Assembly (NCBI GenBank): GCA_963783385.1
Contig: CAWANJ010000009.1
Location: 704,001-768,000, forward strand
Length of the DNA stretch: 64,000 nucleotides
Direction of reading: 5' to 3'
Origin: an uncultured Gemmatimonadales bacterium
GTDB lineage: Bacteria > Gemmatimonadota > Gemmatimonadetes > Palauibacterales > Palauibacteraceae
Made by a program: the position numbers and the translations under genes. The notes below the pieces were generated by a model. That model had not been told where the DNA came from and made no database searches. It saw nothing but the letters and a program-made list of their open reading frames with translations. Within the stretch, counting starts at the first letter, position 1. Every line of letters starts with the position of its first letter. Of the stretch, positions 54,345 to 64,000 are shown piece by piece.

Positions 54345-55637
54345 ATGACGTCGCAGGGACCCGAGATCTTCGTCGCGCCCGGGCTCAGGAGCCCGTTCGC
54401 GCGCATCGACCGCGAGCTGGCCGACCTCGACGGGCTGCGTCTGTCGACGCCGGTCGTCCAGCAGAGCGTCATGGGTCCGCGCGGGCCGGGGAAGGCGGAC
54501 GCCGTGGACCTGGTGCTGTGGGGCTCGGTGATCCCGAGCCTCGAGGTGAGCAACTGGGGCCGCGAGGTGTGGCTGGAGTCGGGGCTCGACCCGCACGTGC
54601 CGTCCCAGGGCATCGTGCAGGCATGCGCCACCAGCCTCGCCGCCGCCACCCACGCCGCCGGTCAGGCACGCTCGGGACGACTGGAGCTGGCCCTGTGCGG
54701 AGGCGTCGAATCGATGTCCTTCACCCAGATCGGCCTGCCCCTCCACCTGAGCCGCACCCTGCGGCGCACGGTGCAGGCCGGCAGCCCGGTACGCGCGGTA
54801 CGCACCCTGGCGCAGCTCCGTCTCAAGGACATCCGGGTGCGCATCCCGACGGCCACCGAGCGCACCACCGGCCTCACCATGGGCGAGCACGCCGAGCAGA
54901 TGGCGAAGACGTGGTCCATCGGGCGGGAGGCGCAGGACCGGCTCGCGTTCGAGAGCCACATGCGGGCCGTGTCCGCCACCGAGCGCGGCTTCTTCCGTCC
55001 CCTCCTGGTCACGCCGGGGACCTTCCCCGCCGACGTCGACACGGTGCCGCGCCCTGACACGTCCCCCGACAAGCTGGCTCGCCTGCGTCCCTCCTTCGAC
55101 CGCGAATCCGGGACGCTGACCGCCGGCAACTCGACGCCGCTCACCGATGGGGCCGCGGCCGCATGGGTGGGGACCGCCGAGGGGATGGCCCGGCTGCCGG
55201 ACGACCTGCCGCGCGTCCGCCTCCTGGACTGGGAGCAGGCCGCCGTCGACCTGCGCCGGCAGGGGCTTCTCATGGCGCCGACCCTGGCCATCCCGCGCCT
55301 CCTGGCCCGGCACGACATGGGCTACGGGGACGTGGCCCTGTGGGAGATCCACGAGGCGTTCGCCGTGCAGGTGCTGTGCACGATCGCGGCGCTCGAGGAC
55401 CGGGATTGGCTTCGGGAGCAGGCGGGGGTGGACCGGGATCTGGGGACCTTCCCGCGCGACCGCCTCAACCCGAACGGCGGCAGCGTGGCCCTCGGTCACC
55501 CGTTCGGCGCCACCGGCGCGAGGATCCTGTCGCAGGCGGCCGCCGAGCTGGCGGAGAGGGAGTCGGGCAGCCGCGCCGTGGTCAGCATCTGCGCGGCCGG
55601 CGGGCTGGGGCACGTGGCGCTGCTGGAGGCGGTGTAG
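54345..55637 (+). CDS. Acetyl-CoA C-acyltransferase (FadI-like thiolase)
   Basis: QACATS, NSTPLTDGA, HEAF, GHPFGATG and SICAAGG. Confidence 0.92.
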   Translation: MTSQGPEIFVAPGLRSPFARIDRELADLDGLRLSTPVVQQSVMGPRGPGKADAVDLVLWGSVIPSLEVSNWGREVWLESGLDPHVPSQGIVQACATSLAAATHAAGQARSGRLELALCGGVESMSFTQIGLPLHLSRTLRRTVQAGSPVRAVRTLAQLRLKDIRVRIPTATERTTGLTMGEHAEQMAKTWSIGREAQDRLAFESHMRAVSATERGFFRPLLVTPGTFPADVDTVPRPDTSPDKLARLRPSFDRESGTLTAGNSTPLTDGAAAAWVGTAEGMARLPDDLPRVRLLDWEQAAVDLRRQGLLMAPTLAIPRLLARHDMGYGDVALWEIHEAFAVQVLCTIAALEDRDWLREQAGVDRDLGTFPRDRLNPNGGSVALGHPFGATGARILSQAAAELAERESGSRAVVSICAAGGLGHVALLEAV

Positions 55638-55805
55638 AGGTGCCGGAGGCCGGCGCGCAGGCGTAGAGGTCTCGCCGCCGGCCGGAGCTACGAGCGCCGC
55701 CGAGCTTCGCCCGCGGCGCCCCGCACGTTTCAGCTGAAACGTCGGATTGCGCGAATCAGCTTCGATTGTAGCGATTCGCGTCGCGCCCTTTCTCGCGCTG
55801 CCGCC

Positions 55806-56846
55806 TCAGTACCCCTCGCCCTCCAGCGACACGCGGCCGGCGAAGCGCCGGTACATGAAGGTCACGTAACCCAGCGCCAGCAGCATCCCGGGAATCCACC
55901 AGGCCAGACCGATCACCAGGCCCGAGTGCCCCGCGGCGGCGTTGTGCACCGTGAGGCCCGCGCCCGGGTCGCCGACGGCCGGGAGCACGTACGGGTACAG
56001 TCCGACCGCCACGCTGCCCAGCATCCCGGCCAGGTAGGCGCAGGACGAGAGAAACGCGCTGCGGTCCGAGCCGCGGCCCAGGCCCACGCGGATCCCGACG
56101 AGCGACCCCACGGCCAGGACGGGGAACAGCCAGCCCCACGGCCGGGCGCGGAGGTGAGCGGCCACCAGGGGCTGCACGAGCCAGGTGAAAGGCGTGACGA
56201 GGACGGTCCCCGCCACTACCAGCCACCAGGCGCGCCGCGCCAGCGCCAGGGAACGCTCCCGCAGCGAGCCCTCCGTGCGCAGGCCCACCCACAGCGCGCC
56301 GTGCATCGAGAGCGCGACCAGCGCTGCGAGCCCCACGGAGAGCGTGTACCAGTCCAGCACGCCCACGTCCGGCCCCACCCGCCAGTCGGTCCACAGCGCC
56401 TCGAAGAACCACCCGTGCGCGTCGAGGGGCACGCCCCGGACGACGTTCCCGAGCGCGGCGCCGAAGAACAGGGCCAGCAGCAGGCTGGCGCCCGCGAACA
56501 CCACGTCCCAGAACGGTGCCCACACTCCGCCGCGCAGGTGGCTCCGGAACTCGACCGCGATCCCTCGCAAGACCAGGAGCCACAGGACGATCATCAGCGG
56601 CAGGTAGAAGCCGCTGAAGCTGGAAGCGTACAGGACCGGGAAGGCGAAGTACAGCGTCCCGCCGCCCGCGATGAGCCACACCTCATTCCCGTCCCACACG
56701 GGCCCGATCGAGCGGAGGACGGCGCGCCGCTCGGCACCTGGCTCCGCCACCAGGAGGTGGACGGCCCCGGCCCCGAGGTCGAAGCCGTCCAGGACGACGT
56801 ACATGACGATCATGAACGCCACGAGCCAGAACCATACGGTCTCCAT
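55806..56846 (-). CDS. cydB: Cytochrome bd ubiquinol oxidase subunit II
   Basis: LDGFDLG and PVWDGNEVWL. Confidence 0.96.
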   Translation of the reverse strand: METVWFWLVAFMIVMYVVLDGFDLGAGAVHLLVAEPGAERRAVLRSIGPVWDGNEVWLIAGGGTLYFAFPVLYASSFSGFYLPLMIVLWLLVLRGIAVEFRSHLRGGVWAPFWDVVFAGASLLLALFFGAALGNVVRGVPLDAHGWFFEALWTDWRVGPDVGVLDWYTLSVGLAALVALSMHGALWVGLRTEGSLRERSLALARRAWWLVVAGTVLVTPFTWLVQPLVAAHLRARPWGWLFPVLAVGSLVGIRVGLGRGSDRSAFLSSCAYLAGMLGSVAVGLYPYVLPAVGDPGAGLTVHNAAAGHSGLVIGLAWWIPGMLLALGYVTFMYRRFAGRVSLEGEGY

Positions 56847-56859
56847 GCTCGCCCCCCCC

Positions 56860-58251
56860 TCAGCCGGCCAGCGCGGCCTGGCCCGGCGCGGCGCCGGCGC
56901 CGCCCTCGCCACCCGCCCCCGGACCCTCGTCCCCACCTGCACCCGGGCCGTGCGCGATCTCCCGGCCCACCAGGAACAGGAAGAGGAAGCCCAGCACCAT
57001 GTACAGGCCCATGAAGCCGAGCAGCGTGAACGTCCCGTTCCCGGAGGAGACGCCCGGCGAGGCCCCGGCCGAGGTCCGCATCAGCCGATAGATCACCCAC
57101 GGCTGCCGCCCCAGCTCGGCGGTCATCCACCCCGCCGTGTTGGCGATGTACGGGAAGGGCAGGCTCAGCATGAGAACCCACAGGGCGGCCTTCGAGTCGA
57201 ACAGAGTCCCGCGCCACAGCTTCCAGGCCGAGACCAGCATGATGGCGATGAAGAGGGTCCCGAGCCCCACCATGATGTGGTAGCTGTAGTAGAGGAGCGG
57301 GATGTTGTCGGGCCAGTCCTGCTCCGGGAACGCCTCGAGCCCCTGCACCTCCGCCTCCCAGCGACGGTAGGTGAGGAAGCTCAGCGCCCGCGGCACGTCC
57401 AGCCGGTTGTCGAGCTTCCGCCGGGCCACGTCGGGCTGGCCGAGGATGGCCAGCGGTGCGCCCCGCTCGCTGTGGAACAGGCCCTCCATGGCGGCCAGGG
57501 TGGGCGGCTGGTGCTCGGCCACCATGCGCCCCTGGACGTCCCCGAGCGGAAACAGCTGGACGACGCTCGCCACCACGCCCACCATCACGCCCAGCTTCAC
57601 GAACAGGCGCCCGTAGGTCCGGTCCCGGCCCTGGAGGAGGTAGTAGGCCCCGATGGCCGCCATGACGAAGCAGCCGGTGATGACGGCGCCCACCATGGTG
57701 TGCAGGTACTGCCACACGCCCCACGGGTTGAACAGGAGGGCCCGCAAGCTCTGCAGCGACAGCGCCCCTCCCGGCCCGACCGCGTAGCCGACCGGGTGCT
57801 GCATCCAGGCGTCGGTCGCCACAATGAAGTAGCCCGACAACCACGATCCCAGGAACAGGAGAAGCGCCGTCGCCCAGTGGGCCCGGCGGCTCAGGCGCTT
57901 CCTTCCGAACAGGAAGAGGCCGAGGAAGGAGGACTCCAGGAAGAAGGCGAACACGCCCTCCATGGCGAGCGTCTGGCCGATCACCCCACCCGCCGACCGG
58001 GAGAACGCCGCCCAGTTGGTCCCGAACTGGAACTCCATGGGGATCCCGGTCACCACGCCGATGGCGAAGTTGATGCCGAAGATGCGCGCCCAGAACTGCG
58101 CGGCCCGCTCGTAGCGCTCCTCCCCCGTGCGCAGCGCGACCGTTTCGAGAATCACGATCAGGAGCGCCAGCCCCATGGTGAGCTGGGGAAACAGGTAGTG
58201 GTAGGTGACGGTGAAGGCGAACTGGAGTCGATCGACGGTGAGAGCCTGCAT
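56860..58251 (-). CDS. cydA: Cytochrome bd ubiquinol oxidase subunit I (short Q-loop)
   Basis: YHYLF, MEFQFGTNW, WMQHPVG and ELGRQPW. Confidence 0.96.
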   Translation of the reverse strand: MQALTVDRLQFAFTVTYHYLFPQLTMGLALLIVILETVALRTGEERYERAAQFWARIFGINFAIGVVTGIPMEFQFGTNWAAFSRSAGGVIGQTLAMEGVFAFFLESSFLGLFLFGRKRLSRRAHWATALLLFLGSWLSGYFIVATDAWMQHPVGYAVGPGGALSLQSLRALLFNPWGVWQYLHTMVGAVITGCFVMAAIGAYYLLQGRDRTYGRLFVKLGVMVGVVASVVQLFPLGDVQGRMVAEHQPPTLAAMEGLFHSERGAPLAILGQPDVARRKLDNRLDVPRALSFLTYRRWEAEVQGLEAFPEQDWPDNIPLLYYSYHIMVGLGTLFIAIMLVSAWKLWRGTLFDSKAALWVLMLSLPFPYIANTAGWMTAELGRQPWVIYRLMRTSAGASPGVSSGNGTFTLLGFMGLYMVLGFLFLFLVGREIAHGPGAGGDEGPGAGGEGGAGAAPGQAALAG

Positions 58252-58291
58252 CGGGACCCCCGGTCTGGACTATCCCCCTCCCGGAGCGCGC

Positions 58292-60361
58292 TCAGCGCGG
58301 CGCCGGCGGATCCTCCCGCGGCCCGCGCGGCGAGGACCGCACCAGGTCCACCGGCACGATCCGGACCGCGACCGCGGCCGGCCCGACCCCGGACGCCGCG
58401 CCCTCCAGCGCCACGGTCGGGACCGAGCTCGGGACGACCGGCACCGGCACCAACTGGTCGACCAGCATGGCGCCGAACAGCAGGGCCAGGTAGAGGAGCG
58501 AGTAGCGGTACAGGCGCCACGCCTTGCCGGTGCGCTCCCGCTCGCGCAGGAGCTCCACCATCAGCCACAGGAACCGGCCCCCGAGCAGGATCGCCAGGCA
58601 TCCGTATACGAGGCCGAACGACCCGGTGAGCACCGGCATCACGCTGAGCGGCACGAGCACGAGGCTGTACAGCAGCATCTGCCGCTTGGTCTCGCGCTCG
58701 CCCCACACCACCGGCGCCATCGGGACGCGGGCGTCGGCGTAGTCCCGCTCCTTCATCAGGGCCAGAGCCCAGAAGTGGGGGGGCGTCCAGTAGAACACGA
58801 TGAAGAACAGGAACAGGGCCGGAAGGCCGACGTGGCCCGACACGGCGGCCCACCCAACCAGCGGAGGGAACGCGCCGGCGGCCCCCCCGATCACGATGTT
58901 CTGGGGCGTCGAGCGCTTGAGCCACCGCGTGTACACGAACACGTAGAACAGGAGGCCGGAGAGGGCGAGCACGGCGGCCAGGAGATTGGCCGCCAGCGCG
59001 AACACGGCGAACGCGACCGCGGCGAGCGCCACCCCGAACAGGAGGACGCGCACCGCCGGCACCCGGCCGCTCGGGATGGGGCGCCGCCGCGTGCGGCGCA
59101 TCGTCCCGTCAATGTCACGGTCCAGGTACATATTGAGCGCGTTCGCCCCGCCCGCCATCAGGTAGCCGCCCACCACGGTCCACAGCACGAGCCACGCGGT
59201 CGGGTGACCGGCCACGAACATTGGCACGACCGTGGTCACCAGGAGGAGCGAGATGATGCGCGGCTTGGTGAGCGCCACGTAGTCGAGCATGGCGCGGCGG
59301 ACCCCGCCCCCGCCCCCTTCCAGCGAGCGCACGGGGCACCTGAGGGCGGCCCCCTCCACGCCGGAGCCCATCGTCACGGGTGCGGGCGCGGGATCGGCGT
59401 CTCGGTCGGCCGGCCGCCGCTCGCCCGGACCGGCCGGCGAGGCGGCGGCCCGCGGCCGCGACACCAGGGTCGCCGCCCACACCAGGGAGGCGAACACCGC
59501 GGCCCCGCCGGCCACGTGCAAGGCGCGCAGGAGGGCCGGCAGGTTGCCCAGCATCATGCCGGCCCCGATACCGATCTGGATCAGCACGACGGCCGTCACG
59601 GTGGCGGCTGCTCGCTGCGCGGCCCGGTCCCCCGGCCGGTGTCGGCGCACGTGGAACGGGAGCCACACGGCCAGCCCGGCGAGCCCGTACGCGAACAGCC
59701 GGTGCGTCCAGTGCAGGTGCGTCCGCCACCCTCCCGCCGGCAGGACGCTCCCGTTGCACAGCGGGAACCCGCGGCACGCCGTCGAGGCCCCCAGGTTGGC
59801 GACCAGCGCTCCGAGGAGCACGACGACGAACGCCAGCCCGGCCATGCCGGCCGTGGCGCGGGCCGCCCGGTCCCAGCGCGGCGCGCGGCGTCCGGTCAGG
59901 GCTCGCGTCGTTCCCACCACCAGGAGTGCCAGGAGGAGCATGGCCGTGCCCAGGTGGATCACGATGGTGGCGGGCGGGAGCTCGAGCCACACCGTGACGG
60001 CGCCGAGCAGGGCCTGCACCACGACAAGCGCCAGAGCGACCACACTGAGCCGGAGCGGACGCCGCATGACGTCCGTGCGGCGCGCCGCCCACAGGGCGTA
60101 CACGACGAGGAGGGTCACCAGGGTCACCACGCTGGCCGCGGCCAGGCGATGGCCGTACTCGATGAGAGTCGGGACGTCCATCGGTGGGATCAGCCGGCCC
60201 TGGCACAGCGGCCAGTCGGGCCCACAGCCCAGGCCGCTTCCCGTGATCCGGACAATGCCGCCGAGCACGACGAGACCATAGGTGGCCGCGAGGGTGAGAG
60301 CCGCCAGGCCGCCCCAGCGCCGGAGTGAGCGTCCGCTCGGGTTCTCGGGTCCGGATTCCAT
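58292..60361 (-). CDS. Fused heme A synthase (CtaA/Cox15) - heme O synthase (CtaB/CyoE)
   Basis: N-half: GSGLGCGPDWPLC, EYGHR, HWTHR. C-half: LTKPRII, NMYLDRDID, WTPPHFWAL. One uninterrupted frame from ATG 60361. Confidence 0.9.
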   Translation of the reverse strand: MESGPENPSGRSLRRWGGLAALTLAATYGLVVLGGIVRITGSGLGCGPDWPLCQGRLIPPMDVPTLIEYGHRLAAASVVTLVTLLVVYALWAARRTDVMRRPLRLSVVALALVVVQALLGAVTVWLELPPATIVIHLGTAMLLLALLVVGTTRALTGRRAPRWDRAARATAGMAGLAFVVVLLGALVANLGASTACRGFPLCNGSVLPAGGWRTHLHWTHRLFAYGLAGLAVWLPFHVRRHRPGDRAAQRAAATVTAVVLIQIGIGAGMMLGNLPALLRALHVAGGAAVFASLVWAATLVSRPRAAASPAGPGERRPADRDADPAPAPVTMGSGVEGAALRCPVRSLEGGGGGVRRAMLDYVALTKPRIISLLLVTTVVPMFVAGHPTAWLVLWTVVGGYLMAGGANALNMYLDRDIDGTMRRTRRRPIPSGRVPAVRVLLFGVALAAVAFAVFALAANLLAAVLALSGLLFYVFVYTRWLKRSTPQNIVIGGAAGAFPPLVGWAAVSGHVGLPALFLFFIVFYWTPPHFWALALMKERDYADARVPMAPVVWGERETKRQMLLYSLVLVPLSVMPVLTGSFGLVYGCLAILLGGRFLWLMVELLRERERTGKAWRLYRYSLLYLALLFGAMLVDQLVPVPVVPSSVPTVALEGAASGVGPAAVAVRIVPVDLVRSSPRGPREDPPAPR

Positions 60362-60583
60362 GTCGTTGCTCGAGAGGAGGTGCTCCTCCGGGCACGGGCC
60401 GTAACGGGCCGGCGTGCCGAATCGTTTGCGTCGCGTTCGGGGATCGTGCGAAGTTCCCCGCGCCCGATCCGGGCGCGAACATAGGGATCGACCGGCCGCG
60501 GCGCCACGCGGGGCCTCCGGAGGATATCGAAGCATGCCAATCGAACAGGACCGGGCCCCCCTGCGGGTGTCGCCCGAAGCAAG

Positions 60584-62443
<1,860 letters not shown>

Positions 62444-62448
62444 CCCGG

Positions 62449-64000
62449 GTGCATCTCGCGGCGCTCCTCCTCACCCTGTCGGTCGCGGCTCCCGCGGCCC
62501 GCGACACGACCCCGCCCGACACGTCGGCCGCGTCCGACACCACTCCGCCCCGGTCCGCCCCGCCCCTCCGGGTGACCGTCACCCGCGCCCCGGAGACGCT
62601 CCGGGAGGTAGCCGGAGCCGTCACGGTGGTGGACGCCGCCGCCCGCCAGAGCGCCGGCCGGCGCGTGTCGCTCCGCGACGCCCTGGAGAGTTTGCCGGGG
62701 GTATTCGTGGCGGACCGCCACAACTTCTCCCTCGGCGACCGCATCGTGCTCCGGGGCGCAGGGGCGCGGGCGCAGTTCGGTGTGCGTGGCGTCCAGGTCC
62801 TGGCCGACGGCATCCCGCTCACCCTCCCGGACGGCCAGGCGGCGCTCGGCAACCTGGACCTCGGCTCGGCCGGACGGATCGAGGTGCTGCGCGGTCCGGC
62901 CTCGTCCCTGTACGGAAACGCGGCCGGGGGCGTCATCCAGGTCGAGTCCGGGCCCTTCCCCGAAGCACCGCTGTCCCCCTGGGCCCGGATCACGGCGGGT
63001 GCCTTCGGCTTCCGCCAGGAGGAGCTGGGAGGGGGTGGGCGCGACGGGTCCGTGGCATGGCTGTTCCACGGGACGCATCTGCTCACCGACGGCTTCCGCC
63101 GACACGCGGCCGCGGAGCTGTGGCGGGCCAACCTGGTGGCCCGCGGCGCGCTCGGGGGTGGCGGCGAGCTGCGCGCCGTCCTCGACCTGTTCCAGCTACC
63201 CCTGGCGCAGAACCCCGGAGCGCTGGACCACGCGGCCTCGATCTCCGACCCGCGCTCGGTCCGCCCGCTGCAGGTCGCGCAGGGGACGGGGGAGCGCTCC
63301 GGTCAGATCCAGGGCGGTCTCAGCCTCACGACGCCCTTCGCCTCGGGCTCCACGCTCCGGGCGTCCGCGTGGGTCCTGGGACGGAGCGTGTGGAACCCGA
63401 TTCCGGACCGCGTCATCCGGCTTGGACGGAGCGCGGGCGGCGTCCGGGGGCTGGTGTCGAGCCGGACCGGACCGCTCCAATGGACGGCGGGCCTGGATGC
63501 GGGCCTTCAGGTCGACGACCGGAGGGAATTCGTGAACCTCGGGATCGGAGCGGGGGATCGGGCCCGCGAGGGAGCGCGCCTCCAGGACCAGACGGAACGC
63601 GTCCTCCAGGTGGGTCCCTTCGTACGTCTCGAAGCGCGGCCGGCAGCCAGCGTGAATGTATCCGCGGGCCTTCGTGTGGACGGCTACCGGTTCTCCGTTC
63701 GTGACCGGATCCTGGCGGATGGCAACGACTCCGGCACCCGCTGGATGCGCCACCTGAGCCCCTCGGCCGGCCTCACCTGGAACCCCCTTCCCTGGCTCGG
63801 CGGCTGGGCGCGCCTCGGCACGTCGTTCGAGACCCCGACCACCAGCGAGCTCTCGAACCGCGCCGACGGCCGCGGCGGCTTCGATCCGAAGCTGGGGCCC
63901 GAGAGCACGGTCGAGGGCGAGGTCGGCGCGCGCGGACAGCTGCCGGGCGGGCACCTGGTCTGGGAGCTGACCGCCTTCGACGCCCGGGTCTCCAACGCCC
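62449..64000 (+). CDS. TonB-dependent receptor (YncD-like), runs off the right edge
   Basis: Not in the ORF track. From GTG 62449: signal peptide, RGAGARAQFGVRGV, DGIPLTLPDGQ, IEVLRGPASSLYGNAAGGVI and SFETPT. Confidence 0.9.
   Translation, partial: MHLAALLLTLSVAAPAARDTTPPDTSAASDTTPPRSAPPLRVTVTRAPETLREVAGAVTVVDAAARQSAGRRVSLRDALESLPGVFVADRHNFSLGDRIVLRGAGARAQFGVRGVQVLADGIPLTLPDGQAALGNLDLGSAGRIEVLRGPASSLYGNAAGGVIQVESGPFPEAPLSPWARITAGAFGFRQEELGGGGRDGSVAWLFHGTHLLTDGFRRHAAAELWRANLVARGALGGGGELRAVLDLFQLPLAQNPGALDHAASISDPRSVRPLQVAQGTGERSGQIQGGLSLTTPFASGSTLRASAWVLGRSVWNPIPDRVIRLGRSAGGVRGLVSSRTGPLQWTAGLDAGLQVDDRREFVNLGIGAGDRAREGARLQDQTERVLQVGPFVRLEARPAASVNVSAGLRVDGYRFSVRDRILADGNDSGTRWMRHLSPSAGLTWNPLPWLGGWARLGTSFETPTTSELSNRADGRGGFDPKLGPESTVEGEVGARGQLPGGHLVWELTAFDARVSNA

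Overview
Very GC-rich bacterial chromosome segment, most likely Gemmatimonadota (inferred from gene order and protein types, not from a search). It is mostly housekeeping genes: pheT-pheS-rplT-rpmI-infC, thrS, groSL, coaX-birA-nadC-bshA, miaA-mutL, PiT/DUF47, tatD-secF-secD, a DEAD-box helicase, a tRNA(CAU), KtrB/KtrA, upp-selD, pcm, rluB-scpB-scpA, rpsT, pyrR-B-C, amino-acid transporters, tadA-gltX, a thiolase, a ctaA-ctaB fusion followed by cydAB, an ABC exporter and a TonB-dependent receptor. The most notable part is a ~3.8 kb island at ~46.4-50.2 kb that looks lower in GC by eye and is bracketed by a duplicated 3' end of a sodium symporter gene. It encodes a small secreted 6-Cys peptide with carboxypeptidase-inhibitor-type cystine-knot spacing, a DsbA-type oxidase, a damaged 6-bladed beta-propeller lipoprotein and a dead DDE transposase. 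Signals the ORF track misses: a selenocysteine (UGA) selD with a SECIS-like hairpin, an L20-leader-like attenuator before infC, and a sigma54-type promoter plus CIRCE before groES. Single-base frameshifts in several genes, some essential, are probably sequencing errors, so pseudogene calls need caution.
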